NCBI GenBank assembly: GCA_049320885.1
Contig: JBMORA010000013.1
Location: 87,264-151,263 of the forward strand
Reading direction: 5' to 3'
Source of the DNA: Thermodesulfobacteriota bacterium
GTDB lineage: Bacteria > Desulfobacterota > Desulfobacteria > Desulfobacterales > SURF-7
DNA: 64,000 bases
In this document: positions 52,359-62,909 of the stretch, piece after piece
Numbering within the stretch: the first letter of the stretch is position 1
Layout: each line of letters begins with the position of its first letter
Position numbers and translations under genes: made by a program
The notes under the pieces: generated by a model
Database searches by the model: none
The model's input: only the letters and a program-made list of their open reading frames with translations
Told to the model about the DNA's origin: nothing

Positions 52359-53087
52359 CTATTTTTTAACTCCCGTATATAAGGTGGCTATCCCGAGACT
52401 GAGCCGCCGGAATGCCACTTGCGAAAATCCGGCTTCCCGCATACTTGCCGCAAAAACGTGGGATTCCGGGAAGTGAACAACCGAATCCGGCAGATAGCGA
52501 TACGCATGAGCGTCACCGGAAATGAACCCCCCGATCAATGGCAAGATTCTCTTGAAATAAAAAAGATATAAAGCTCTCAGAAACCCCTTTGGAGGGGTCG
52601 TGAGCTCAAGCACCGCCAGCATTCCGCCTGCCTTCAAACAGCGATGAAATGATTGTAGCGCCTGGGCTTTGTCCACAATATTACGAATCCCGAACGCAAT
52701 GGTTACACCATCGAATGTCCCATCATGGAAGGGCAAGGCAAGGGCGTTTCCGGCCAGCAGGATCATGTTGGCATCTTCATCCATGGAGATCTGTTTTCCC
52801 TGCGCCAGCGTGAGCATGGCAAGCGAAAAGTCCACACCCACCGCCATGATTGCCGGCCCCCGCCGATGGATCAGTTCCAGCAGGACATCACCGGTCCCGC
52901 AGGCGACATCCAGTATTCTGCCGTTTGGGGGAATGCATAAGGTGGATACCAGCACCCTCCGCCAATAAACATCCTGTCGCAAACTCAACAGGCGATTCAG
53001 CAGGTCGTATTTTGGTGCAATGGCGGAAAACATGTCTTTCACAAAAGGCCGCTCATTATTCATGGTTGACAATCTCAAATCCTGCAT
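52359..53087 (-). CDS. ubiE: UbiE/MenG-family (demethylmenaquinone) methyltransferase
   Basis: MFSAIAPKYDLLN, LDVACGTGD, AFGIRN and AYRYLPDS. Confidence 0.92.
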   Translation of the reverse strand: MQDLRLSTMNNERPFVKDMFSAIAPKYDLLNRLLSLRQDVYWRRVLVSTLCIPPNGRILDVACGTGDVLLELIHRRGPAIMAVGVDFSLAMLTLAQGKQISMDEDANMILLAGNALALPFHDGTFDGVTIAFGIRNIVDKAQALQSFHRCLKAGGMLAVLELTTPPKGFLRALYLFYFKRILPLIGGFISGDAHAYRYLPDSVVHFPESHVFAASMREAGFSQVAFRRLSLGIATLYTGVKK

Positions 53088-53180
53088 TAGTTTTCTAAGT
53101 TAGTTTTTATCCGGAAGGATGATTAACATAACAAAACCCCTGAAACAACATTAACCGGAAAAGATTTTTCAGGTAATTGT

Positions 53181-54296
53181 ATGGCCACTAAAAGAGATTA
53201 TTATGAAATCCTCGGTGTCAATCGAAATGCCAGTGAAGAAGAATTAAAAAAGCAATACCGTAAGCTGGCCATCAAATATCACCCGGATAAAAACCCGAAT
53301 GACAAAAGCGCGGAGGAAAAATTCAAGGAGGCCGCGGAAGCCTATGAAGTGTTGCGCGACCCCCAAAAAAGACAAATTTACGATCAGTTCGGTCACCAGG
53401 GGCTTGAAGGTACCGGTTTTTCCGGTGTCGGGGGATTTGAGGATATCTTTTCCAGTTTCGGCGACATTTTCGAGGATCTCTTTGGGTTCGGCTCCAGCCG
53501 ACGCGGACGCAACCGGACCCAACCGGGAGCTGATCTGCGCTATGATCTGACGCTTGATTTCATGGATGCCGCTTTCGGTACGGAAACAACAATCGATATA
53601 AAAAAAGCTGAAATCTGCCCCGATTGCAGCGGCAGCAGATGCGAACCGGGAACCCAGCCCCAGACTTGCCATCATTGTGGCGGCAGTGGTCAAGTCGGTC
53701 GCTCCCAGGGTTTCTTCACCATCCGGACCACCTGCCCTGTTTGCCGCGGGGGAGGGAAAATGATCTCCCACCCCTGCCGTCGTTGTAACGGCGCTGGACA
53801 GGTTTTGGTAAACAAATCCGTATCCGTTAAGATTCCGGCGGGGGTGGATACCGGATCAAGGTTACGGTTGACGGGAGAAGGCGAAGCAAGTCCCAACGGG
53901 GGGCCGCCGGGAGATTTATATGTTTTCATTCAGGTAAAAGCCCATAAAATTTTTCAGCGGAACAACACGGATGTAATCACAACGGTGCCGATAACCTTTA
54001 TTCAGGCAGCCCTCGGGGATACCATTAAAGTACCAACCCTTACCGGTGAGGAAATGCTGACGATTCCCAAAGGAACACAGTTCGGCGACACCTTCCGGCT
54101 GCCGGAAAAAGGCATCCCTTCCCTCCGGGGATACCAGCGAGGCGACCAGATTATTCAGATAGATATTCGAACCCCGACCAATCTGAATAAAAAGCAGGAG
54201 TCCCTGTTACGGGATTTCGCTAAAATCGAATCGGATAAAATATCTACCAAATTAAAAAACATTTTGAAAAACCAGGCTTCGAAACTAGCCACATGA
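53181..54296 (+). CDS. dnaJ: molecular chaperone DnaJ
   Basis: J-domain with HPD, G/F region and four CxxCxGxG-type repeats. Confidence 0.97.
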   Translation: MATKRDYYEILGVNRNASEEELKKQYRKLAIKYHPDKNPNDKSAEEKFKEAAEAYEVLRDPQKRQIYDQFGHQGLEGTGFSGVGGFEDIFSSFGDIFEDLFGFGSSRRGRNRTQPGADLRYDLTLDFMDAAFGTETTIDIKKAEICPDCSGSRCEPGTQPQTCHHCGGSGQVGRSQGFFTIRTTCPVCRGGGKMISHPCRRCNGAGQVLVNKSVSVKIPAGVDTGSRLRLTGEGEASPNGGPPGDLYVFIQVKAHKIFQRNNTDVITTVPITFIQAALGDTIKVPTLTGEEMLTIPKGTQFGDTFRLPEKGIPSLRGYQRGDQIIQIDIRTPTNLNKKQESLLRDFAKIESDKISTKLKNILKNQASKLAT

Positions 54297-54321
54297 TGCC
54301 GGGGTGAATTGGAGCAACCGT

Positions 54322-54708
54322 ATGTTCGAATTGAAAATCGTTTCCCAGTTTGCAGCAGCCCATCAATTGAAAATGGTAGCGGAAAAATGTGAAAATCTCC
54401 ACGGTCACAATTGGAAAGTGGAAGCCTGCGTCGCTGGAGAAGACCTTAATCCCGCCGGGGTGTTAATTGATTTCGGTGAGTTGAAAAACCATTTGCATCA
54501 AATCATGGAGACACTGGATCATAAATTTTTGAATGCCCTGGAGCTGTTTGACGGCAACCCGTCTTCTGAAAATATCGCCAGGTATATTTCCGACCTTCTG
54601 CAAGCAAAAATCGATGATAAACGGATCCGGGTATCCCGAATAACCGTTTGGGAGTCCGATAATGCCAGCGCCACTTATATTCCGAACCCAATAAAAAGCC
54701 CCCACTGA
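54322..54708 (+). CDS. queD: 6-carboxy-5,6,7,8-tetrahydropterin synthase
   Basis: FAAAH, CENLHGHN, IDF, LDHKFLN, PSSENIA and VWES. Confidence 0.93.
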   Translation: MFELKIVSQFAAAHQLKMVAEKCENLHGHNWKVEACVAGEDLNPAGVLIDFGELKNHLHQIMETLDHKFLNALELFDGNPSSENIARYISDLLQAKIDDKRIRVSRITVWESDNASATYIPNPIKSPH

Positions 54709-54964
54709 ACTGGAAGAAGCCGATAACGGGATTCAGTGAAGGCTTTGAGCAAGAAAAACTGTTGGCAGCACTCCTTGAACTCATCTGCATTTTTAGCAGC
54801 TTCATCCCCTTTGGTCAAATCAAAAGCATAAAAATAAAAAATCAAGATTGAAATTAAATCCGCAAACTTGTAAAGTACAAAGCGGACGATGAAAAGGAAC
54901 GGCCATAGCCATATGGACATTGAAACGGATTCTCTGACAACGGCTATAAGGCAGGACCCGTGTA

Positions 54965-55681
54965 ATGACCGACAAGAATCCTGAAAACAGCATCATCCGA
55001 CTATTTCATGTTCACAAGCGATACGCTTCCCATAGCGCGCTGATCGACATCAGTCTGGATGTGGCTCGTAACGAATTGCTGATGGTCACCGGGCCCAGTG
55101 GCGCCGGCAAATCCACGCTGCTGAAGCTTCTCTATCTTGGCGAATCCGCTTCCGAAGGTCAGATATTAATAGACGGCATCAATCTTTCCCGCATCAATCG
55201 AGCAAGGATACCCTTTCTCAGGCGCAAATTCGGCATTATTTTTCAAGATTATAAACTGATTCCCTCCAAAACGATTTTCGAAAACATCGCCCTGGTGCTG
55301 GAAGTGGCGGGTTATAAATCCAGCTACATCCAGAAAAAAGTTTCCAGTGTCCTTCGAACGGTGGATATGGAAGACCGAATGAATATGTATCCCCAAAGCC
55401 TTTCCGGCGGCGAACAACAACGAATCGCCTTCGCCAGGGCGGTTGTGGGAGACCCACAAATCATACTGGCGGATGAACCAACCGGCAGCCTGGATACGGA
55501 ATCGGCTTCTATCATAATGAATTTATTAAAAGAATTTCATTCCCGTGGCACAACGCTGCTTATCGCCACCCATGACAAATCAATCCTTCGAAAAACCAAT
55601 GGCCGTACGGTTTATTTAAATGAAGGCAGACTGGAAAATAAAACCCTTGTCATTGAAAAGAAACCAGCCATCACCTTATGA
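54965..55681 (+). CDS. ftsE: cell division ATP-binding protein FtsE
   Basis: [22 protein letters not shown] and ADEPTG; directly followed by ftsX. Confidence 0.92.
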   Translation: MTDKNPENSIIRLFHVHKRYASHSALIDISLDVARNELLMVTGPSGAGKSTLLKLLYLGESASEGQILIDGINLSRINRARIPFLRRKFGIIFQDYKLIPSKTIFENIALVLEVAGYKSSYIQKKVSSVLRTVDMEDRMNMYPQSLSGGEQQRIAFARAVVGDPQIILADEPTGSLDTESASIIMNLLKEFHSRGTTLLIATHDKSILRKTNGRTVYLNEGRLENKTLVIEKKPAITL

Positions 55682-56571
55682 AAACCGGTATTCTCATATT
55701 CTTCTTTAAAAGAGCCTTACAGGATATCGCTGGCAACCGTTTTCTCAACGCCATCACCATTATCACCATCGGTTTGTCCATCCTGATTGTCAGCGCTTTC
55801 AGTCTTTTTTTTGTCAACATCAATGACCTGCTTGATTCCTGGCGGAAAGGAGTCAGAATAATCGCCTATCTGGATGGCAAGACCACCCAGATTGCGGTTT
55901 CCGACAGCAAAAAGAAAATACTTCAAATCGAAGGTGTATCATCGGCACGTTTCATCTCGAAGGATGAAGCCTTAGAGCAATTGAAGGACGGTTTAAAACG
56001 GCAATCAGCCATATTTGAAAATCTACGGGAAAATCCCTTACCGGATATCTTTGAAATCCGCCTCGCGCCTGCATTTCAACACTGGGAAAAGGTGGAAATA
56101 CTCGCCTCCCAAATCGAGGCCCTGCCGGAAGTCGAATCCGTTGAATATGGGCAACAGTGGATTGGAAGGATAACCGGCATCTTCAACCTGCTTCGATTCA
56201 CCGGAACAGCCATGTGTGGAGTTTTTTTTATGGCCTCGGTTTTTATTGTCGCCAATACCATTCGTCTTCTCTTTTTTTCAAAAAAGGAAGAGTTCGAAAT
56301 TATGCAACTGGTTGGTGCCACGGACGGATTTATCAAGGCGCCGTATTATATCGAGGGAATTTTGCAAGGAATTCTTGGTGGAATACTTGGCCTGACAACA
56401 TTGTATATATCCTATGTGGTGGTGGTTTCCAATGTGGACCAGGGGTTGGCTTCCGCTTTCATACAAATTCGATTTCTACCGGCTCCAATCATTTTGGCAA
56501 TCATTGTCGGCAGTATTTTTTCCGGATGGTTGGGATGTTATCTGTCTTTCAAACAATTTTTAAACACGTAA
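55678..56571 (+). CDS. ftsX: cell division permease FtsX
   Basis: Four TMs, ENPLP, NTIRL..EIMQLVGAT..FIKAPY..EG. Confidence 0.92.
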   Translation: MKTGILIFFFKRALQDIAGNRFLNAITIITIGLSILIVSAFSLFFVNINDLLDSWRKGVRIIAYLDGKTTQIAVSDSKKKILQIEGVSSARFISKDEALEQLKDGLKRQSAIFENLRENPLPDIFEIRLAPAFQHWEKVEILASQIEALPEVESVEYGQQWIGRITGIFNLLRFTGTAMCGVFFMASVFIVANTIRLLFFSKKEEFEIMQLVGATDGFIKAPYYIEGILQGILGGILGLTTLYISYVVVVSNVDQGLASAFIQIRFLPAPIILAIIVGSIFSGWLGCYLSFKQFLNT

Positions 56572-57953
56572 TCCGGATTGGCATCGCTTTTTCAGCGATG
56601 ACGCTCATCATCGCCCCTGCTGCAGAAGCAGGGAAAACCGGCGTGGTCGTGTCCCAGCTTCTGAATGTCCGAAAAGGTCCGGATCGTCTGCAACCCTCCA
56701 TCGCCGTGCTGAAACAGGAGACCAGGGTCGTCGTTCTGGATGAAGTTGACGGCTGGTTGAAAATCTCCATTAATGATCTGACCGGTTTTGTCAGGAATCG
56801 TGCAAAATACATCCGGATCGAAGTTCCACAAACTCCTCCGGGTTCATCTGAAAATCCAGAAAATCCAAAGCAAGAACAGCTTAAACAACAATCCAAGGAT
56901 CTGGATCGTAAAATCGCCGAACACACCGCGGAAGTTCAGGAATATCATGAAAAAGAGACAGCTATTATTAACGGTCTCAATGATTTGGAGCTGACATTGA
57001 ATCAGGCGGGTCAGAGAACCACCGCCCTGCGGACCGAATTGAATGAGCTCGAAAAGCAAATCGCCGAAACCGACCTCGCCATCCAAGCGTTGATCCAGGA
57101 GATCCGAAAATCCGAGAAATACATCCACAAACGTTTGGTTGCCATTTATAAACTGAACCTGCTTGGTCAAGTTCATATCCTGGCATCAGCCAACTCCCTC
57201 TTTGATCTCATCAATCGAAAAGCCGCCATTGAACATATTTTGGATTACGACGAGGCGGCGCTGAAAAAATATCTGGAGGACAAGGATCACCAATTGGAAT
57301 TATCCCAGCGCTTGAATCAACAGCGGAAAGAAAAAATCGAAATCGAGAAAAATTTTCAAAAACAAATCAAAATGCTGTCCACCAAGCGCACCAAGCGCGC
57401 AAAATTGCTGGAGCATATCCGCAATAAAAAATCCCTGGAACTGGCAGCCATCGACTCTTTGAAACAGGCCGCTCAGGCACTTGATCAGACGATCATGTCT
57501 CTGCACGTGGAGCCGAAAAAATCGTCATCCAAAACCAAAAATCAGTTCAATGCATTAAAAGGCTTGCTCAATATGCCGGTGAAGGGTAAAGTGATTTCCT
57601 TTTTCGGCCCCTATAAGAACACCAAATTTAATGTAATCAACTATAGGAGCGGAATTGAAATTCAGGCGGAACGTGGTGAACCGATTCGGGCCGTCAGCGA
57701 CGGGCTTGTCCTCTTTTCCGGCTGGTTCAAAAGCTATGGAAACATGATGATCATTGATCATGGCAACAATTATTATACCATTTACGCACATGCGGAAGAA
57801 CTTTTCAAATCCAAGGGTGATCCGGTTGAGGCCACAGAAGTGATTGCCACTGTTGGAGATTCGGCCTCTCTGACGGGAGAATCCAATCTCTATTTTGAAG
57901 TGCGTCACCACGGCAAACCGCTGGATCCGCTTGTTTGGCTGAAAAAGGGCTAA
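56535..57953 (+). CDS. EnvC-like murein hydrolase activator (SH3, coiled coil, degenerate M23)
   Basis: Signal peptide, SH3, long coiled coil and an M23 domain with YRSGIEI in place of HxxxD; follows ftsEX. Start inferred. Confidence 0.85.
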   Translation: MLSVFQTIFKHVIRIGIAFSAMTLIIAPAAEAGKTGVVVSQLLNVRKGPDRLQPSIAVLKQETRVVVLDEVDGWLKISINDLTGFVRNRAKYIRIEVPQTPPGSSENPENPKQEQLKQQSKDLDRKIAEHTAEVQEYHEKETAIINGLNDLELTLNQAGQRTTALRTELNELEKQIAETDLAIQALIQEIRKSEKYIHKRLVAIYKLNLLGQVHILASANSLFDLINRKAAIEHILDYDEAALKKYLEDKDHQLELSQRLNQQRKEKIEIEKNFQKQIKMLSTKRTKRAKLLEHIRNKKSLELAAIDSLKQAAQALDQTIMSLHVEPKKSSSKTKNQFNALKGLLNMPVKGKVISFFGPYKNTKFNVINYRSGIEIQAERGEPIRAVSDGLVLFSGWFKSYGNMMIIDHGNNYYTIYAHAEELFKSKGDPVEATEVIATVGDSASLTGESNLYFEVRHHGKPLDPLVWLKKG

Positions 57954-57965
57954 AGGAGTCAGGCA

Positions 57966-59381
57966 ATGAGGCAAATCGTTGGGAAAATAATGACCTTTTC
58001 CGGTATCTCCATTACCGCCGTCTTGATCATGATCATCATCGGCGGAGTTTTTCAACATACGGGCGCCAGCAGCGACGACACCTATCAAGGTCTGAAGATA
58101 TTTTCCGACGTCATCGAACTGATCGAAGCAAATTATGTCGATCCGGTGGATTCCAAAACCTTAATCCGCAAGGCGATCCAGGGCATGCTCCACAGTCTCG
58201 ATCCACATTCGATGTATCTGCCGCCGGAACAATTCGAATCGCTTCAGGATGACGCCAAAGGCGAATTCAGTGGAGTCGGCATTGTCATCACTCTCCATAA
58301 GGAAATGCTGACCGTTGTATCCCCCATTGAAGGAACACCGGCCCATAAGGCCGGTGTCAAACCAAAAGATATTATTATTAAAATCGATGGAAAATCGACC
58401 CGTGACATGAGTATCAGCGAAGCGGTGCAAAAAATCAAGGGTACCAGGGGAACATCGGTGACCATTACCATCATGAGAAAAGGAGTCACCAAACCCATCG
58501 ATTTCGTGCTCATGCGGAATATTATCCCCATAGAGAGTGTTCGGTCCATTGAATTGAAGCCGGAATATGGATATGTGCGTCTGTATAATTTTACAGAGAA
58601 ATCCGAAGAGGACCTGAAAGCCTCCCTGAATAAATTGGAATCGGGAAAAAATCCGCTAAAAGGATTGATCATTGATTTGCGCGACAATCCGGGAGGACTC
58701 TTGCCCCAGGCAGTTGCCATAGCGGATCTGTTTATCGACAAAGGGGTTATTCTTTCCATTCGGGGGAGAATTTCCAAACACAACGATGTGTATAATGCCA
58801 CTCCCAACAAAAAGAGAAGAGAATATCCGATCGTCGTGCTCATTAACGGCGGAAGCGCGAGCGCGTCTGAAATAGTGGCCGGTGCTCTTCAGGATCATAA
58901 TCGAGCCATCATCCTTGGGACCACCTCCTTTGGCAAGGGATCGGTCCAGACCGTAAAACCCTTGCGCGACGGCTCCGGAATCAAATTTACTGTCGCACGC
59001 TATTACACGCCGAATGATCGTTCCATTCAAGCCAAAGGAATCGAACCGGATATCACATTGAAAAGAAGAATCCGTTCCAAGGAAACGACTAAGGAAATAG
59101 AGGATCTGCCGATTAAGGAAAAAGATCTCCAAAATCATCTGGAAGCGGAGCCAGAAAGGAAAAAAGGGGAAGAGGATAAAGCAAACAAAGATAAAAAAGA
59201 TGAAAGCGATCGATCCGATCTGCCGGATTCCTCTGAGAAAAAAGAACTCATGGAAGACTCCGAACTGGATGACACGGAATACAGCGAGCTGAAACCGGAA
59301 AAACTCTTGGCGGACAATCAGGTCCAATACGCGCTCGATTTACTGATCAGCCACGGCGTATTCAAAAAATTGAAATACTGA
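57966..59381 (+). CDS. ctpA: carboxyl-terminal processing protease (S41)
   Basis: LDPHS, PDZ domain, DLRDNPGG, SASASEI and FGKGSVQ. Confidence 0.93.
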   Translation: MRQIVGKIMTFSGISITAVLIMIIIGGVFQHTGASSDDTYQGLKIFSDVIELIEANYVDPVDSKTLIRKAIQGMLHSLDPHSMYLPPEQFESLQDDAKGEFSGVGIVITLHKEMLTVVSPIEGTPAHKAGVKPKDIIIKIDGKSTRDMSISEAVQKIKGTRGTSVTITIMRKGVTKPIDFVLMRNIIPIESVRSIELKPEYGYVRLYNFTEKSEEDLKASLNKLESGKNPLKGLIIDLRDNPGGLLPQAVAIADLFIDKGVILSIRGRISKHNDVYNATPNKKRREYPIVVLINGGSASASEIVAGALQDHNRAIILGTTSFGKGSVQTVKPLRDGSGIKFTVARYYTPNDRSIQAKGIEPDITLKRRIRSKETTKEIEDLPIKEKDLQNHLEAEPERKKGEEDKANKDKKDESDRSDLPDSSEKKELMEDSELDDTEYSELKPEKLLADNQVQYALDLLISHGVFKKLKY

Positions 59382-59409
59382 TTCATACGCGCGAGGTTGA
59401 CCATACCCC

Positions 59410-60423
59410 ATGGCTCTCCCCAAAAACAGGCGTAAAAAACCTGTTAGAAAAAAACAGGCGCGCATGGCACCATCATTCCGCGCCAATATTGTAAAAACCC
59501 TTCTCGCAATGCTGTTGCTGGTTGCGATCATCGCGGGATCGGCGTTTTTGGTTCACCACTGGCTGGCCCCTTCCAAAGCAATCCGTTCACCCCAGCCGAC
59601 ACCGGTCGTGAAACAGGAGCGCCTTCCTTCCAAAACAACACCTCCGGTTTATGAAATTTACACCCCTGAAGCGAAACGCTCCATTCCATCTTCCAAGAAA
59701 CCGTCATCCCTGCCCCCATTTACCGCGCGGCCAAAAGTGGCCATCATCTTCGATGATCTTGGCTATGATAGTCGAATAGTAAAAAAAATTATTGACTTGA
59801 ATGTTCCGCTGACACTCTCTGTTCTGCCCCACAGCCCTTTACGGCACACCATCGCACGTGGCGCTCGTCAAAAAGGTATGGAGATCATGTTGCATCTGCC
59901 CATGGAACCAATGGAGTATCCGGGAGTGAAACCCGGACCGGGGGCGTTGCTCGTTTCCATGTCGCCGGATGTCTTGATCCACCAACTGGAGTCTAACCTG
60001 AATTCCGTGCCGGAAGCAAAAGGTGTCAACAATCACATGGGGTCACGCATGACCACCATCTCCACCCAGATGTACCAAATCTTCACCATCCTTAAAAAGC
60101 GCCATTTATATTTCATTGACAGCCGGACTACAAAAGATTCTTTGTGTAAACCGGCCGCGCGTCTATTGCAAATCCAATTCGCCGAACGGGACGTTTTTCT
60201 GGATCACACCCAGGATCCCAACACCATTCGCAAACAGCTCAAACGGCTGATTCAGATCGCCCTTGAAAAAGGACACGCCATCGGAATCGGTCATCCACAT
60301 GAAGCGACCTATAGGGTTTTGCGGGATATGTTGCCGGTGCTGGCTGAGAAAGTCACAATTGTGCCGGTTTCCGAACTGGTTTATTCCATCGATACTGCGG
60401 AGCCCCCCCCAAACGCCGGTTGA
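59410..60423 (+). CDS. divergent polysaccharide deacetylase (YibQ-like)
   Basis: IIFDDLG, HLPMEP, NNHMGS, FIDSRT, RDVFLD and AIGIGHP. Confidence 0.92.
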   Translation: MALPKNRRKKPVRKKQARMAPSFRANIVKTLLAMLLLVAIIAGSAFLVHHWLAPSKAIRSPQPTPVVKQERLPSKTTPPVYEIYTPEAKRSIPSSKKPSSLPPFTARPKVAIIFDDLGYDSRIVKKIIDLNVPLTLSVLPHSPLRHTIARGARQKGMEIMLHLPMEPMEYPGVKPGPGALLVSMSPDVLIHQLESNLNSVPEAKGVNNHMGSRMTTISTQMYQIFTILKKRHLYFIDSRTTKDSLCKPAARLLQIQFAERDVFLDHTQDPNTIRKQLKRLIQIALEKGHAIGIGHPHEATYRVLRDMLPVLAEKVTIVPVSELVYSIDTAEPPPNAG

Positions 60424-60556
60424 TCCGTTGACCATCGCAGGCCGGAGTCGAATATTGCCCTGCCGTTCAGGTTATGTTACACTATAAAAAAATACCATTC
60501 GATGTTCTGTATTTATTCCAAAAACCTCTATCACAACAAACCAGAAGGAGGTTTCC

Positions 60557-60862
60557 ATGCTCTCAAAAATATTGATCAAAAGGCGTTTTAACAAAGGGAA
60601 TACCCGGGAAATTGTCGCCCTGTTGAATGAAATTCGATATAAAGCCATGGAGCAACCCGGATATATCTCCGGTATCACTCTGTCATCCCGTGAAGATCCC
60701 CAGAGTATGCTTGTCATCGGCACTTGGCAGAACATGGAAGACTGGCTGAACTGGAAAGACAATCAAACACGCAAGGATCTGGAGTCGATGCTGGCGATTT
60801 ATTCGGCAGCCCCTACACATTATGAAGAATATGTTGTCGGGACTTCCTTCCAGCAATCATGA
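60557..60862 (+). CDS. antibiotic biosynthesis monooxygenase (ABM) family protein
   Basis: RBS AGGAGG; AMEQPGYISG..VIGTWQNMEDW. Confidence 0.8.
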   Translation: MLSKILIKRRFNKGNTREIVALLNEIRYKAMEQPGYISGITLSSREDPQSMLVIGTWQNMEDWLNWKDNQTRKDLESMLAIYSAAPTHYEEYVVGTSFQQS

Positions 60863-60879
60863 CCCGCCTGGAAATTAAA

Positions 60880-60910
60880 AAGGGTTTGCAGCATGTTGCT
60901 GCAAACCCTT
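60880..60910. terminator. intrinsic terminator between the ABM gene and the tRNA
   Basis: AAGGGTTTGCAGCA-TGT-TGCTGCAAACCCTT hairpin with a U-tract on the minus strand. Confidence 0.8.
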
Positions 60911-60918
60911 GCTTTCCC

Positions 60919-60995
60919 TGGTAGGCGCGATTGGAGTTGAACCAACGACCTCTACCGTGTCGGGGTAGCGCTCTAACCAACTGAGCTACGCGCCT
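60919..60995 (-). tRNA. tRNA-Val(GAC)
   Basis: AGGCGCGTAGCTCAGTTGGTTAGAGCGCTACCCCGACACGGTAGAGGTCGTTGGTTCAACTCCAATCGCGCCTACCA folds as a full cloverleaf with encoded CCA. Confidence 0.95.
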
Positions 60996-61099
60996 GTAAA
61001 TTTCGCTAATACGGGTACCATTCAAATAAAAATCTGTCAAGCAAAAACACCTGGTTTTGACGGCTTGCCAGCGCGTTGTCACGAGAGGGGGGATTCAAC

Positions 61100-61678
61100 A
61101 TGAATTTTAAAAAACACCTGGAAATAGCCTGGCACCAGCTTTTCGACCATATTGCTTCCCTGATCATCCTCACCAGCGTGCTCCTGGCTGTCAGCATTTT
61201 CTCCTTCGGGATTCTCGCCCCGGTTGTCACTGCCGGTTATATGCACACCATATTGGTTATGCTTCGGGAAGACCGAAAACCTTCTGTTTCAGATCTATTT
61301 TCCCAGATGAAACTTTTTTTCCCGCTTCTTGGCTTCAGCATCCTCCTGCTTATCGTAACCATGATCGGCATGGCGTTGTTTATAATTCCCGGAATCGTCA
61401 TACTGTTTTTGTTTACATTTGTCTTCATTTATTTGATTCCGTTGATGACCGATCTTGAAATGAACCTCTTCGACGCCATGAAGAAAAGTTATGCCATGGC
61501 GGTTAAGGAGAACCCGTCTGAACATTTTATTGTCGTGATTCTGTATCTGTGCATTCTCTCCATCGGCAGTTCGGTTTTCATCGGAACCATCGTTACCACA
61601 CCTTTTGCCGTCATTTTTCTGCTTTCGGTTTACATCGAAAAAATGCGAGCCATCTTTCCGCCTGAGAAACAGCGTTGA
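61100..61678 (+). CDS. integral membrane protein, hypothetical
   Basis: Multiple TM segments; RBS GGGGG. Confidence 0.8.
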   Translation: MNFKKHLEIAWHQLFDHIASLIILTSVLLAVSIFSFGILAPVVTAGYMHTILVMLREDRKPSVSDLFSQMKLFFPLLGFSILLLIVTMIGMALFIIPGIVILFLFTFVFIYLIPLMTDLEMNLFDAMKKSYAMAVKENPSEHFIVVILYLCILSIGSSVFIGTIVTTPFAVIFLLSVYIEKMRAIFPPEKQR

Positions 61679-61704
61679 CAAGCGGGACCCAAGTTTTGTA
61701 TTAT
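61675..61704 (+). promoter_or_regulatory. putative sigma-70 promoter
   Basis: TTGACA-N18-TATTAT upstream of the 61802 gene. Confidence 0.45.
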
Positions 61705-61801
61705 CTCGTTAAAACATGAAACGATTTCTGCCGTATCTTTTCTCGATTTGGTCTGTATTGGGACGATTCGGCGGAAAGCTCAAACGAGGAGTACCGTCTC
61801 C

Positions 61802-62584
61802 ATGAAAACTGACAGATTGGAATTCGTTATCAAATCCGGACGTATCTTGCGGATGCTCGGATTTGTCGGCCTCATCTTTTTTCTCGGTCCTTTGAATTTG
61901 TGTGCGGAGGAACAATTAGGTGGTTTTTACAATTCTTCCGATGAATCCGGAATATGGTACATGACTGTTCAGGATACAGGAAAGTGCACCGGGGTCGGTT
62001 GGTCTGATAAATACAAGGATGTTTTCTCGCTGACAGGCACTCTTGCAGATAACCACTTGAATTTTGATATCGGAGGGTATTCTTTTAGCGGACTTCTAAG
62101 CCGCGAAACCGGACTGGTCAATGGGGGGTGGTCTGACATTTTTACCAAGGAAACTGGCCGGTTGACCGGCAGCCTGGTCGATCCGGACAAGATGAAGGTT
62201 TATGCCGGTGAATTCAGCGGTTCGTATTCCGGTGAGACGGATTCCGGCACCTGGACGGCTTTGCTATTCACAGACGGACACTGCGAAGGTGAATTTAGAT
62301 CAAATAGCGCGAGTTTTGATGAACCTGCGCTTGAAATCAACGGCGGGTTCAACGCTTCTGGCCAGTTGGTGTGGGAGGCAGGCAGCGGCTCGAAACGATA
62401 CGCCATGAAAGGAGAGGTTTCTCAGGCCGGCTATCTAAACGGCGAATGGCACGATTCCCAATCCAGAACAAGCGGAACATTCTCAGGCGAACGGGAAAAC
62501 GCCCTGCCGGCTGAAGTCGTTAATCCCACCACAGAATCGGACAGCAATGATTTCTGCTTCATCCGGACTGCCTGCGGGGATTAG
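61802..62584 (+). CDS. exported beta-rich protein with C-terminal CFI-box-like motif
   Basis: RBS AGGAG, signal-like hydrophobic stretch, two G/W/S-rich repeats and terminal DFCFIRTACGD. Confidence 0.7.
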   Translation: MKTDRLEFVIKSGRILRMLGFVGLIFFLGPLNLCAEEQLGGFYNSSDESGIWYMTVQDTGKCTGVGWSDKYKDVFSLTGTLADNHLNFDIGGYSFSGLLSRETGLVNGGWSDIFTKETGRLTGSLVDPDKMKVYAGEFSGSYSGETDSGTWTALLFTDGHCEGEFRSNSASFDEPALEINGGFNASGQLVWEAGSGSKRYAMKGEVSQAGYLNGEWHDSQSRTSGTFSGERENALPAEVVNPTTESDSNDFCFIRTACGD

Positions 62585-62909
62585 AACCGAATGGAGCAAC
62601 CTACGGTTTAAAAAGACAAATGATTTCATATCCGGACGTACTATAAAAATCATTACATTGTTGAAACCATTCACTTTCTGAAATAAAATAGTCGTTCAGC
62701 TGTCTATCAAAAACAACGGCCAGCTCTTTCTGGTCTCCCGATAATTGTTTGGCAATTTTAATTGCTTCGTTGCGTGTCATACAACTGGCTTTCCCGATAG
62801 TGGAAACAATCCCGATTACAGCCTATCCAATGATGAAAAGCTGATATGGCGTTACACGATCAATGGCCATTCTTCGGTTACAACAACACCTAATAAAAAG
62901 GACCTCCTG

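Noticed and set aside
56157..56534. Long N-terminal extension of the EnvC-like ORF
   Set aside because: It overlaps ftsX in another frame; a signal peptide begins near 56535.
60860..60995. tRNA 3' end as an integration site
   Set aside because: A terminator and an ordinary gene follow; no integrase or duplicated tRNA 3' end was seen in the window.
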